Source: Wickerhamiella versatilis
Taxonomy: Eukaryota
Direction: 5' to 3'
Assembly: GCA_030867685.1 (NCBI GenBank)
Contig: JAQOWU010000008.1
Span: 806,001-870,000 of the forward strand
DNA: 64,000 nt
Shown here: positions 20,045 through 30,576 of the stretch, piece by piece
Layout of the letters: every line of letters starts with the position of its first letter
Position numbering within the stretch: position 1 is the first letter of the stretch
The notes under the pieces: generated by a model
The model's input: the letters and a program-made list of their open reading frames with translations, nothing else
Database searches by the model: none
What the model was told of the DNA's origin: nothing
Translations under genes and position numbers: made by a program

Positions 20045-22216
20045 ATGAACATAAATATCAATGTGGCCTCGATCGAAAAGAAGGTACGCGATATGTTTCG
20101 CACGGCTGTACGCGGCGAATCTTCTGAGCTGCGTACAGGCCTTGTCTCTCAATATGCCTTTGAGCGTAAGGATGCTATTGAGAGAACCATCCACGCGATG
20201 ACTCTCGGAAAAGACGTCAGCGGTCTCTTCCCAGATATTCTCAAAAATCTTGCTACTCATGATATTGATCAGAAAAAGCTTGTTTACCTTTATCTTATGA
20301 ACTATGCCAAAACCCACCCAGAGCTCTGTATCCTGGCCGTGAACACTTTTGTACAAGACAGTGAAGATCCCAACCCACTGGTCCGTGCGCTTGCAATCCG
20401 TACAATGGGGTGCATTAGGGTTGACAAGATGGTTGATTTTATGAATATTCCGTTGCGCAATACCCTTAAAGACGAAAGCCCCTACGTTCGTAAGACAGCC
20501 GCTATCTGTGTGGCTAAGCTTTTTGACCTCAATCCTGAGATGTGCATAGAGGAGGGATTTTTAGATCGTCTAAAGGAACTTATGGATGATTCGAACCCCA
20601 TGGTAATAGCTAATGCTGTTTCAGCTTTAGCTGACATTCAAGATCAAGCGCCAGAGACAGGATGTTTTGTTGTAGACTCAGTGGTGCTGAAAAAGCTTTT
20701 AGCCGCGTTAAACGAATGTACTGAATGGGGTCGTATCGCAATTTTATCTGCGCTTAGTGAGTATACAGCAGAATCACCAGAGGAAGCGTCACACATTTGT
20801 GAGCGGGTCGTACCACAATTCCAGCATGCTAATCCGAGTGTGGTGCTTGTGGCTATCAGGGCAGTAATAAAACATATGGAGTTACTCCCTGCCAATGAGC
20901 AAGATACTTTGGAACGGAAAATGAGCTCGCCTTTGGTTACGCTTCTTAGCACGCCTCCAGAGCTTCAATACGTTGCTTTGAAGAATATTCGAATTATCTT
21001 GCAAAAGTTCCCAAACATTTTGAGCCGGGAACTCCGAGTATTTTACTGCAGGTACAACGATCCTCTCTATCTCAAGTTGGAGAAAGTAGAGATCATGGTA
21101 AATCTGGTCAATGAGACCAACTGTAAGCAGCTCGTTGCTGAGCTGAAAGAATATTGCATGGAAGTTGATTTGGAGTTTGTTCGAAGAGCAATTCGTGCTT
21201 TGGGTCAAACGGCGGTCAAAGTCGCCGCAAGTGCAGAGATGGTTGTCGATGTTCTGCTAGAATTACTTGACAACAAAGTTTCCTATGTGACGCAAGAGGT
21301 CGTTATTGTAATACGTGATATATTAAGAAAGTATCCTGTTTTTGAAGATGCCATTCCCAGGGTTTGCGATTCAATAGAGGAAATTGAAGAACCAGAAGCT
21401 AGGGCTTCTATCGTGTGGATTCTTGGTGAATATGCGAATTCTATCCCACCTGTAAAATCTTTGTTGAGCCCTTTCGCTAAAAACTTCAAGGAAGAAGATA
21501 CTCAGGTTCAGCTTCAACTTTTGACCGCATGCACAAAACTGTACGTTAAACGCCCTGACGACGGTAAAGACATGATTCAAGAAGTCCTGCAGACTGCTAC
21601 ATCGAAGTCTGATAATGCGGATATTCGGGATCGTGCCTATATATACTGGAGAGTTCTTAGTATTGACCCGAAAATTGCACAGGAGACCGTATTGGCCAAA
21701 CGGCCTGAATTGCAGTCTACCATTGAAAAGCTGCCAGTACAACTAAGAGATGAACTCTTGAATGAACTCGGTTCATTGGCATCTGTCTACCACGTATCGC
21801 CATCGACAGTTGACGGTACCGGACAATTTGGCAGTGATGAAGTTCAAAGAAAGGCACTCGAAGAGCAACGGCAGCTGGCTCGGGAGGGTCTCAAGGCAGA
21901 AAACCTTCTTGATATTGACGACCCTACAAGCGAAGAGAAGGAAACAGGGCTTGACATTCTCAGTGACATTTTCATGGGTCCCGAGCCTGATGCATCAAAG
22001 CCAACTCAGGAACAGCAAGCAATACAGAATACTGCGACACAAGACATATTATCCTTATTTGCACCGCAAGTGAATGCAGCCCCCGCACCTCAAGATTTGA
22101 ATGCATTGAATATTGGAAAACCAGACAACGATGCAACTAGACCACAACCATCACATAAAGACGCTTCTCAAGGTGGTAATACCAACCCCAGCGAGGATTT
22201 GCTAGGACTATTCTAG
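20045..22216 (+). CDS. APL2: Clathrin adaptor beta-adaptin (AP-1 beta)
   Basis: MTLGKDVSGLFPD, KKLVYLYLMNYAKTHPELCILAVNTF, DPNPLVRALAIRTMG, DIRDRAYIYWR, clathrin box LLDID; tail ends DLLGLF with no ear domain. Confidence 0.88.
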   Translation: MNININVASIEKKVRDMFRTAVRGESSELRTGLVSQYAFERKDAIERTIHAMTLGKDVSGLFPDILKNLATHDIDQKKLVYLYLMNYAKTHPELCILAVNTFVQDSEDPNPLVRALAIRTMGCIRVDKMVDFMNIPLRNTLKDESPYVRKTAAICVAKLFDLNPEMCIEEGFLDRLKELMDDSNPMVIANAVSALADIQDQAPETGCFVVDSVVLKKLLAALNECTEWGRIAILSALSEYTAESPEEASHICERVVPQFQHANPSVVLVAIRAVIKHMELLPANEQDTLERKMSSPLVTLLSTPPELQYVALKNIRIILQKFPNILSRELRVFYCRYNDPLYLKLEKVEIMVNLVNETNCKQLVAELKEYCMEVDLEFVRRAIRALGQTAVKVAASAEMVVDVLLELLDNKVSYVTQEVVIVIRDILRKYPVFEDAIPRVCDSIEEIEEPEARASIVWILGEYANSIPPVKSLLSPFAKNFKEEDTQVQLQLLTACTKLYVKRPDDGKDMIQEVLQTATSKSDNADIRDRAYIYWRVLSIDPKIAQETVLAKRPELQSTIEKLPVQLRDELLNELGSLASVYHVSPSTVDGTGQFGSDEVQRKALEEQRQLAREGLKAENLLDIDDPTSEEKETGLDILSDIFMGPEPDASKPTQEQQAIQNTATQDILSLFAPQVNAAPAPQDLNALNIGKPDNDATRPQPSHKDASQGGNTNPSEDLLGLF

Positions 22217-22323
22217 TGGTTGTTAATATACATATGTTGAAATTCTACGTAAATGATGGAATTTTAAATGAATTAATTTGGAATATTCATAAGAGCGTTT
22301 TACTGTCCGTCTCAATTCGTCTA

Positions 22324-23781
22324 CTATGTCCATAAATACAGCTTGCCACTTGCTGTTCCACCCACAACCCAATTGTGGGTACGATGAAATTGTGTTACTG
22401 CAGGGACTGCAGTAACAATATCACCATCAAGGTGTGCTATTTGCTGACCACGCTCTGTATAAATATCGATGTAACGCTTCATATTAGCAATGACAAACTT
22501 TTGTACTCCATCCATAGGCCTTTCTTGCCAGCGTGCCTTTAAAATAGAAACCCATCTTCCCGTTTGACAGTTGTGTCCTAGGCGAATGTCAGGCTCAAGG
22601 GAAAGATTACTCGTATTATCTTTGTTCCAGTTTGAAGAATCTAAGTTGAACAGATTGATTGTGTTATCATACCCGTTACACACTATTTTTCCTGCGGTAT
22701 TCCAAGATGCTGCACTTATACTCAGACGACTTGAATATTCTCCATAGAGATGAGCGGCATCGTAACGTAAGTCCCATACTTTGAGAGTTCGGTCCAATGA
22801 GCCTGTAGCAACTTGGAATGGAGACATTGGATTATATGCGAAGCCTCCAATTTTCTTATCATGAAGCTCCCAAACTTCCCCACTGCTAGGTGATTCACGA
22901 AGATCATGACGCCCAAATCTACCATCCAAGGTGGAATAATAGAGAGTATTTGGATCTATTAGAGCCATATCAGAGACACCAACAGGATCTCGAGGATCAC
23001 TTTGAAAAATGAAGGCCTCAGTAGACTTCATTTCGTTGAGATCAAACCTTCGTATAGAACCATCATACGACGCCGTATATAAACGCTCTGCATTATCCGG
23101 GTCGACAATAGTGGTTGAGATGCCACGACTGTGAGTTTTAAGAGTAAGAACTCCTTCATCATCCGGTTTTTCAGAGTCCCAAAGGCCCAGCTCACCAATC
23201 TTGTCCCCTGCAAGCACGAGTTTTTTGTCCACAGCGGGATGGAAGCATATGGCAGTTATCCTCTCAGATGTTACCTTTATATCTCTTTCATCAATCTTCA
23301 GTTTGTCAAATTCGTCCCTCAGCGAATCGGCTGTTTTGTCATTCCCTTTCATTTCCTTAAAGAGATCACCTTGTGATACTTTCCCTCCAAAGCCTCGAAG
23401 AATTTTCAAAGCCTGGTCCCAATTACCTTCCTCCACCAAGTGTGGTAGCTTCAATTCTCCATCCTTGCGTTCTCGTTCTTTCTCCTTGATCATTTCAATT
23501 TCTTCTCGCTCTTTTTGCCGCTCGTCTAATTGAGCTTCGATAGAATCTTCTGCTTTAATACCTGCCAGACGTGCTGACCTTCGGCGTGGGACAAAGTCTT
23601 CAGACACTCTCTGTCGTTTCGTCTGTTGACTTGAGGTTGTGTGCTTTGATTTTGGTTTTGGCTTTGGCTTCTCTTGGTCGCCAAATGCAGCATTTGAAAG
23701 CTCTTTTAACTGAAAATTCCGAAGAGCCTTCTGATTTCTTTCGATATTAGCAAGACGCTGACGTTCTAAATCGCTCACCAT
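22324..23781 (-). CDS. CMR1: WD40 DNA damage-binding protein (WDR76)
   Basis: ERQRLANIERNQ, RRSARL, IKVTSERIT, LHDKKIG, HNCQTGRWVSILKARWQ, TAVPAV. Confidence 0.92.
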   Translation of the reverse strand: MVSDLERQRLANIERNQKALRNFQLKELSNAAFGDQEKPKPKPKSKHTTSSQQTKRQRVSEDFVPRRRSARLAGIKAEDSIEAQLDERQKEREEIEMIKEKERERKDGELKLPHLVEEGNWDQALKILRGFGGKVSQGDLFKEMKGNDKTADSLRDEFDKLKIDERDIKVTSERITAICFHPAVDKKLVLAGDKIGELGLWDSEKPDDEGVLTLKTHSRGISTTIVDPDNAERLYTASYDGSIRRFDLNEMKSTEAFIFQSDPRDPVGVSDMALIDPNTLYYSTLDGRFGRHDLRESPSSGEVWELHDKKIGGFAYNPMSPFQVATGSLDRTLKVWDLRYDAAHLYGEYSSRLSISAASWNTAGKIVCNGYDNTINLFNLDSSNWNKDNTSNLSLEPDIRLGHNCQTGRWVSILKARWQERPMDGVQKFVIANMKRYIDIYTERGQQIAHLDGDIVTAVPAVTQFHRTHNWVVGGTASGKLYLWT

Positions 23782-23795
23782 CGCTGCAAATAGAT

Positions 23796-23834
23796 GTAAT
23801 TGATCACTCTCGCGTCACGCGTGTGATCAATTAC
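23796..23834. promoter_or_regulatory. Perfect 12-bp inverted repeat enclosing two MCB-type boxes in a bidirectional promoter
   Basis: GTAATTGATCAC (23796-23807) and GTGATCAATTAC (23823-23834); the 15-nt spacer holds TCGCGT (23810-15) and ACGCGT (23817-22). Confidence 0.6.
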
Positions 23835-23868
23835 GCACGTTACATAACAGATCCTGGACCCGGGATTC

Positions 23869-24696
23869 ATGCCTGATGGGTCACCCGACAGACCTAAAAG
23901 CCAATCACGTCAAACGCACTTCGTTCCTATCTTGAGGAGACCTCTTCATGTACCCACTCCAAGAGCTGACGCTGGAAATGACAACACAAGTAGCTCGAAC
24001 AAGCATGTGAGCCGTCAGCCAGGTGGTATTCATATCGACCTTGGTGCACCAGAGCCTTGGGCTCGATCGCCAATGCGTTCTCCTCCTCGGCTCCCAAGTC
24101 GTTCCGTTAGTACAAATTTACAGCCAAAGCGAGTATCTGGGTTATCGTCTACAAAAGATACAATTAGTCGTTTAACGGAGCCCACTGTTGCAGCAGTAGA
24201 TTCCATGAGAGATAGAATGGGACCACAGCGCATCTTATCACATCCAAAAAAGAACAGCGGGGGCATGGCGAATATTTCACCTAGTCACAGACCAAAAAGG
24301 GGGCGTCCCCCAGGCAAAGGTGCGGCCACAGATATACCTACTCTGCCGGATGACGCTAGTCCAACCAGTCCTGCTGCTGGTAGGAAACGGGGTCGCCCTC
24401 GTCGAAAAGAGGTTGTTCCAATTCCTGCTGCTAGGAGACTTTGGGTACCTTTAGCACCAGCAAATGCTTCTATGAATCCAGTATCTGTCAAGATGCCGGT
24501 TCCAGTAAGTTTACCTGAGCCTCCTAGCGATAATGAGGTCGATATCCCTGCTCTTAATAGTCTTGAGATAAAATCTAGCCGGGGTAACGAATTTGTCAAG
24601 AATAGTACTGAACGGCAAGCGCTGACGACTAATTTGGTTGATGATATATGGCATTCACATTGGATGTGGTTCCGAGAAATGAGAGGGCAAGAATGA
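23869..24696 (+). CDS. Hypothetical disordered protein with two AT-hook motifs
   Basis: 275-aa ATG ORF; RPKRGRPPGK and RKRGRPRRK; P/S/R-rich; Trp-rich C-terminal helix. Confidence 0.7.
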   Translation: MPDGSPDRPKSQSRQTHFVPILRRPLHVPTPRADAGNDNTSSSNKHVSRQPGGIHIDLGAPEPWARSPMRSPPRLPSRSVSTNLQPKRVSGLSSTKDTISRLTEPTVAAVDSMRDRMGPQRILSHPKKNSGGMANISPSHRPKRGRPPGKGAATDIPTLPDDASPTSPAAGRKRGRPRRKEVVPIPAARRLWVPLAPANASMNPVSVKMPVPVSLPEPPSDNEVDIPALNSLEIKSSRGNEFVKNSTERQALTTNLVDDIWHSHWMWFREMRGQE

Positions 24697-24813
24697 GTAT
24701 TATAGAAATTATTTAATTACCTTTATGAAATATATACGTTAAGTGAAATCGACCAGGCGGCGTAGCATTGAGGAATATTACAAATAGACTTAGTCAACGA
24801 AGAAACGCTATCG

Positions 24814-26586
24814 ATGAGCGAGCTTGCAGACCAATTAAAGAAGACAACGCTGCAAGACGACGATTGGAAAAAGACCTTGAATCTTCCAAAGAAAGACACA
24901 CGGCCACAGACTGAGGATGTACTTGCAACGAAGGGTGATTCCTTTGAGAGCTTTGGTCTTAAGCGTGACTTGCTGATTGGTATCTTCGAAGCCGGCTTTG
25001 AAAAGCCATCACCCATTCAAGAAGAATCTATCCCTGTAGCTCTTAAGGGTCGGGACATCCTTGCTCGGGCCAAAAATGGCACCGGTAAGACTGCAGCGTT
25101 TTGCATTCCCACTTTGCAAAAAGTGAATCCTGCGTTGCCGAAGACCCAGGCTCTAATTTTGGTACCCACCCGCGAACTTGCTCTCCAGACAAGCCAAGTT
25201 TGTCGTACTTTGGGCAAGCATTTAGGACTCAACATTATGGTAACGACTGGTGGAACTTCCCTGCGCGACGATATCATTAGACTCAACGATGTTGTTCATA
25301 TTATTGTTGCTACGCCTGGTCGTGTTCTAGACTTGGCAGGCCGCAATGTTGTAGATTTTTCACAGTGCCCCATGTTTATCATGGATGAAGCGGATAAGCT
25401 ATTGAGTAAAGAATTTACTATCGTTATCGAGCAGTTACTCAACTTTTTCCCAGCTAAGCGCCAAATCTCTCTCTATTCTGCCACATTTCCACTAGCTGTC
25501 AAGCACTTTATGACGAAACACCTGAAAAATCCGTATGAAATCAATTTGATGGATGAGTTAACGCTACGTGGAATTACACAATACTACGCTTTCGTGGAGG
25601 AAAACCAGAAACTGCGTTGTCTTAATACACTATTTTCTAGACTTCAAATCAACCAAAGCATTATATTTTGCAATTCGACCTCCAGAGTTGAGCTTTTGGC
25701 CCGTAAGATTACGGAGTTAGGATATTCGTGCTTCTACTCACATGCTCGAATGCCACAGGCTGAGCGTAACAAGGTATTTCATGAGTTCCGCAATGGAGGC
25801 TGTCGTAACCTTGTTTGCTCGGATTTACTGACAAGAGGTATTGATATCCAGGCAGTGAATGTAGTTGTGAACTTCGATTTCCCGAAAAATGCCGAAACTT
25901 ATTTGCACCGAATTGGTCGCTCTGGAAGATTTGGTCACTTGGGTCTTGCTATAAACCTTATCAATTGGAATGACCGATTCAATATGTATCGTATTGAACA
26001 GGAGTTAGGAACTGAGATAAAACCAATCCCGGCTCAGATTGATAAATCGCTTTACGCCTCTCATGACCCGTCAAGTATTCCTACGCCACTTTCAGCCTCT
26101 AGATCGGAGGTGAAAGCCTCTGGAAGTCCTGCCGTTAAATTGCCTGAAAGCCCGGCAGTGAAGTCAAAGACCCCTGAGCCCAAAGCTGACAGGTCGTCGA
26201 AGGTTGAACATAGAGAGCAACAACCGCAGGCTGTTCCTCAAGGTAACTCTGTTCCTGTCTCTGTAGCGGCCAGTCCCGGGGGCCAAGCAGCAGCGGGTAT
26301 GGCAGCTCCAGGAGTTCCAGGAGCCCCAGGAGCCCCAGGAATACCCCCAATGCAATATCAATATGCTTATGCTGGCTATCAACCTTACGCTTATGGACTT
26401 GGCCAACAACAATCGGGCGTTGCACCGCAAGTTGCGGCACAATCTGGGTATTATGGCATGAATTACGGTATGCCTTACTATCAGTATCCATATGGTGGAT
26501 ACCCGGGTTTCTCCATGAATCCGGCGCCATATGCCCAGCAGAACGGCGCAGGCGCCCCTGCTCCGTCACAAAACATGCCAAAGTAA
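24814..26586 (+). CDS. DHH1: DEAD-box RNA helicase (DDX6), decapping activator
   Basis: [51 protein letters not shown]; low-complexity tail. Confidence 0.97.
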   Translation: MSELADQLKKTTLQDDDWKKTLNLPKKDTRPQTEDVLATKGDSFESFGLKRDLLIGIFEAGFEKPSPIQEESIPVALKGRDILARAKNGTGKTAAFCIPTLQKVNPALPKTQALILVPTRELALQTSQVCRTLGKHLGLNIMVTTGGTSLRDDIIRLNDVVHIIVATPGRVLDLAGRNVVDFSQCPMFIMDEADKLLSKEFTIVIEQLLNFFPAKRQISLYSATFPLAVKHFMTKHLKNPYEINLMDELTLRGITQYYAFVEENQKLRCLNTLFSRLQINQSIIFCNSTSRVELLARKITELGYSCFYSHARMPQAERNKVFHEFRNGGCRNLVCSDLLTRGIDIQAVNVVVNFDFPKNAETYLHRIGRSGRFGHLGLAINLINWNDRFNMYRIEQELGTEIKPIPAQIDKSLYASHDPSSIPTPLSASRSEVKASGSPAVKLPESPAVKSKTPEPKADRSSKVEHREQQPQAVPQGNSVPVSVAASPGGQAAAGMAAPGVPGAPGAPGIPPMQYQYAYAGYQPYAYGLGQQQSGVAPQVAAQSGYYGMNYGMPYYQYPYGGYPGFSMNPAPYAQQNGAGAPAPSQNMPK

Positions 26587-27239
26587 TAGCTAGGGCACGA
26601 TAGGGCGCAATTAGGCGCGTCCTTTTTTCTACTGTATCACTTTTGTATAGCTATTTAGGGTTCTAATGCTTCTGCAGTGGCTTTTCTCTTCCTGTGGGTG
26701 TCTCTAACTTAGAGGAAACTTGTGCTGCCTCCAAGAATTTAAGGAGCCAACAAAGCAGGATTATATCTGGACATATCCCAGTCAGCTTAGTTGCCCTAAA
26801 GAGGAAATTGAACTTAAAGGCAAAGCCGTTCAGTGTATTTGTATGCCAACTTATTCATTGGCATGATGTATGAAATCCACGTGGATAAGAATATCATATA
26901 CCACTGAATCTCTTCCAATCACTGAAGTTTACAATTTGCTGGTGATAATTTATGTTGAAACGATAACGTGTCATTAATCCTACTTAGTCGGTGGACGTCT
27001 TAACTGAACAAATTCAATTGACGAATTCTACGATAAATTCAAACTTTCTGGATGGTAGCGAGCAATATTACAATTCTTTTTAAAAAATTCAGACCTACAT
27101 TTGCCTAATCCCCGATTGTCGTAGAGACTTTACGAAGTAGGTATGAGCGCCCTAACCTAGCCCCAACCCTGACAAATTTTTTTCGCACGAGGCTTGGGAT
27201 ATATAAGCTTAGAAGTGCCGTCGCTGATTACCACCGCCC

Positions 27240-30200
27240 ATGGCAGAGCAGGAAAAGAAAAATTCGATGTCCGTCCTGGCGGAGCTGCTCTCGAAGTTGG
27301 TCGTCTCAACTCCTGAGGACCGTGAAGCCAACGCTCAGCGCGTTTCTGGCTTCGTGAACGGCCCTATCGAGGAGCACGATGTGCCGGTCAACTTCTTCAA
27401 TGAGCTCCAAGCTGCCCTTAAGGATAAGAAGAATGCTGAGAAGCGTCACAATGCGCTTGCCGGTTTCGCTAGCATTGCTGGCTCTTCCGATATTGCATGT
27501 GATGTCGAGCCATTGCTTGTAGATTTGATCAGCGATGTGTTGGCTCTTGCTGCCGATAAAAACACTGAGGTGCGTGAGCTCGCCACCACAGCTGTCAAGA
27601 ATCTGGCCCGCAATTGCACTCCCCGTGCTATGAAGGTGATCCTTCCTCACTTCACCTCTCGTATTGAGAACACTAATAAGTGGACGGAGAAGGTTGCGGC
27701 TCTTGAAGCCATTTCTGTCTTGGTCGACTCAGCTCATGATCAGATCTCTCTTCGTATGACTGAACTGATTCCAGTTCTGTCTGATGCGATGTGGGATACC
27801 AAGAAGGAGGTGAAGAGCCAGGCCACCAAGACCATCACCAAGTGCACTGATACTGTTGACAACAAGGATATCGAGAAGTTTATCCCTGCGTTGATTGAAT
27901 GTATCGCTGACCCTAAGGAGGTCCCCGAGACTGTCCATCTGCTTGGTGCCACTACCTTCGTCTCTGAGGTCACAACCGCCACTCTCTCTATCATGGTTCC
28001 ATTGCTGAGCCGTGGTCTTGCTGAGCGTGACACCTCCATCAAGCGTAAGAGTGCTGTTATCATTGATAACATGTGCAAGCTTGTAGATGATCCCCAGGTC
28101 GTTGCTCCTTTCCTGCCTAAGCTTTATCCAGCCTTGAAGCAGAATTACCAGAACATCGCCGACCCTGAGGCCCGTAATGTTACGCTTCGCGCTATCAATA
28201 CCCTTAAGCGTGTTGGTGAGATTGGTGCTGATGACAAGATTCCTGAGGTCAGCACCGCTGGTGATGTGAAGGTCAACCTCGACATCTTGAAGGGTTTGCT
28301 CAAGCCTCTTAACGTCGACTCTCGCTTCAATCCTGTCATTGATTACTCTGCAGCCATTGCAGGTGATCTCATTGATGAGCGTCGTACCGAAGAGGCCGAC
28401 TGGACCGAGTCTTTGCGTCCATTCCTTGTTGTCTTCTTGCATTCAGAGCAGGCAACGAAGGTCATTGATGACCTCCGTGTCAAGGCTGTTGCCAACATTC
28501 CTGGCACTATTCAGTTCGACGAGGAAGATGACGATGGTGAGGACTTGTGTAACTGCGAGTTCTCTTTGGCTTACGGTGCCAAGATTCTGCTTAACCGCAC
28601 TCAGTTCCGTCTTAAGCGTAACCGTCGTTATGGTCTCTGTGGTCCTAACGGTGCTGGTAAGTCCACTTTGATGCGTGCTATCGCCAACGGTCAAGTTGAA
28701 GGCTTCCCATCCCAGGATGAGCTTAAGACCGTCTACGTCGAGCATGATATCGATGGTACTCATGCTGACACTAATGTTGTTGAGTACGTCATTGCTACTT
28801 GCGGTGAGAATGTTGTCGGTGATACTGAGACCGTTCGTAAACATCTTATGGAGTTCGGTTTCACTGATGAAATGACCCGCATGCCAATCACGTCGTTGTC
28901 TGGTGGTTGGAAGATGAAGCTGGCCCTCGCCACAGCCGTGCTGCGTAAGGCTGACATCCTTCTTCTTGATGAGCCCACCAATCACTTGGATACCGTCAAT
29001 GTTGCGTGGCTAGAGAACTACCTCATGACCTGTGGTATCACCTCAATTATTGTTTCGCACGACTCTGGTTTCCTTGACAAGGTGTGCCAGTACATCATTA
29101 ACTACGAGCGCTTCAAGCTCCACAAGTACAAGGGTAATTTGACTGAGTTCGTCCACAAGTACCCTCCGGCCAAGTCTTACTTCGAGCTTGGTGCTTCGGA
29201 TGTTCACTTCAAGTTCCCTGAGCCTGGTTTCCTTGAGGGTGTTAAGACTAAGCAGAAGGCTATCGTCAAGGTGTCTGACGTTTCCTTCCAGTACCCTGGA
29301 ACCTCCAGACCCCAGATCACTAACATCTCGTTCCAGGTTTCTCTTTCGTCGCGTATTGCTGTCATTGGTCCTAACGGTGCTGGTAAATCTACTCTAATTA
29401 ACGTTCTTACAGGCGAGCTTTTGCCCACCACCGGTGAAGTCTATACGCATGAGAACTGCCGTATCGCCTATGTCAAACAGCACGCGTTCGCCCACATCGA
29501 TCACCACCTCGACAAGACTCCAAGTGAGTACATTCAGTGGCGTTTCCAGACTGGTGAGGACCGTGAGACTATGGACCGTGCCAACCGTCAAATCGATGAG
29601 AATGACGAGAAGGCTATGAACAAGATCTACAAGATCGAAGGTACTGAGCGTCGTGTGCAAGGTGTTCACTCTCGCCGGAAGTTCAAGAACTCTTATGAGT
29701 ACGAGTGCTCATTCTATCTAGGTGAGAACGTTGGTCTGAAGAGCGAGCGCTGGACGCCCATGTCTTCGGTTGACAATGCTTGGATCCCTCGTAGCGAGCT
29801 TATGGAATCGCACGCTAAGCTTGTCTCAGAGGTTGATATGAAGGAAGCATTGGCTTCTGGTCAGTTCCGCCCTCTTACCAGAAAGGAGATTGAGCAACAC
29901 TGCGAGATGTTGGGTCTTGAGGCCGAGTTGGTCACCCACTCCCGTATCCGTGGTCTTTCCGGTGGTCAGAAGGTCAAGCTTGTGCTTGCTGCTTGTACTT
30001 GGCAGCGTCCCCACATCATCGTTCTTGATGAGCCTACTAACTACCTTGACCGTGACTCTTTGGGTGCGTTGTCTAGGGCTATCAAGGAGTTCGAGGGTGG
30101 TGTTGTGCTGATTACCCACTCCGCTGAGTTCACTAAGGACCTCACCGAGGAAGTGTGGGCTGTAATGGACGGTAAGATGACTCCTTCTGGTCACAACTGG

Positions 30201-30401
30201 GTCCAAGGCCAGGGTTCTGGTCCTCGTCTTGAGTCCAAGGATGATGGCGAAGAGGAGAAGTTCGACGCCCTTGGTAACAAGATCGAGACTGGCAAGAAGA
30301 AGAAGAAGCTGTCTGCAGCTGAGCTTCGCAGGAAGAAGAAGGAGCGTATGAAGAAGAAGAAGGAGCTCGGTGACGCTTACGTCTCGTCTGATGATGAATA
30401 G
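27240..30401 (+). CDS. YEF3: Translation elongation factor 3
   Basis: HEAT region, [18 protein letters not shown], two ABC domains ([17 protein letters not shown] / LSGGQKVK), Lys-rich tail; strong codon bias. Confidence 0.98.
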   Translation: MAEQEKKNSMSVLAELLSKLVVSTPEDREANAQRVSGFVNGPIEEHDVPVNFFNELQAALKDKKNAEKRHNALAGFASIAGSSDIACDVEPLLVDLISDVLALAADKNTEVRELATTAVKNLARNCTPRAMKVILPHFTSRIENTNKWTEKVAALEAISVLVDSAHDQISLRMTELIPVLSDAMWDTKKEVKSQATKTITKCTDTVDNKDIEKFIPALIECIADPKEVPETVHLLGATTFVSEVTTATLSIMVPLLSRGLAERDTSIKRKSAVIIDNMCKLVDDPQVVAPFLPKLYPALKQNYQNIADPEARNVTLRAINTLKRVGEIGADDKIPEVSTAGDVKVNLDILKGLLKPLNVDSRFNPVIDYSAAIAGDLIDERRTEEADWTESLRPFLVVFLHSEQATKVIDDLRVKAVANIPGTIQFDEEDDDGEDLCNCEFSLAYGAKILLNRTQFRLKRNRRYGLCGPNGAGKSTLMRAIANGQVEGFPSQDELKTVYVEHDIDGTHADTNVVEYVIATCGENVVGDTETVRKHLMEFGFTDEMTRMPITSLSGGWKMKLALATAVLRKADILLLDEPTNHLDTVNVAWLENYLMTCGITSIIVSHDSGFLDKVCQYIINYERFKLHKYKGNLTEFVHKYPPAKSYFELGASDVHFKFPEPGFLEGVKTKQKAIVKVSDVSFQYPGTSRPQITNISFQVSLSSRIAVIGPNGAGKSTLINVLTGELLPTTGEVYTHENCRIAYVKQHAFAHIDHHLDKTPSEYIQWRFQTGEDRETMDRANRQIDENDEKAMNKIYKIEGTERRVQGVHSRRKFKNSYEYECSFYLGENVGLKSERWTPMSSVDNAWIPRSELMESHAKLVSEVDMKEALASGQFRPLTRKEIEQHCEMLGLEAELVTHSRIRGLSGGQKVKLVLAACTWQRPHIIVLDEPTNYLDRDSLGALSRAIKEFEGGVVLITHSAEFTKDLTEEVWAVMDGKMTPSGHNWVQGQGSGPRLESKDDGEEEKFDALGNKIETGKKKKKLSAAELRRKKKERMKKKKELGDAYVSSDDE

Positions 30402-30576
30402 GCGCGAGATTCAATCTAATTCATCTGACCTTCTAGATTAGTGTATGCTTTGTTTGTAGAGAGGCGATAGCACAAAATTTAGTAAGTTCATTACATTCAT
30501 TAAGTTTTAGTATGTGAGTTCTATCGGTGTGCGTGTGTAGACCAAGCACAAAGCCAAACGTATAAGCATGGCGAAC

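Noticed and set aside
26862..26927. Possible box C/D snoRNA (ATGATGT...CTGA)
   Set aside because: Imperfect C box, no terminal stem, and no rRNA complementarity that I could recognise.
27080..27100. AATTCAGAC resembling RNase P CR-V
   Set aside because: No complementary CR-I/P4 partner found upstream.
28575..28600. Alternative CUG decoding (Ser/Ala clades)
   Set aside because: CTG falls at a conserved Leu (AKILLN in eEF3), which supports the standard code.
27306..30414. Many long antisense and alternate-frame ORFs over YEF3 (also over BFR1 and SEC31)
   Set aside because: Explained by strong codon bias, which depletes stops on the opposite strand; no recognisable domains.
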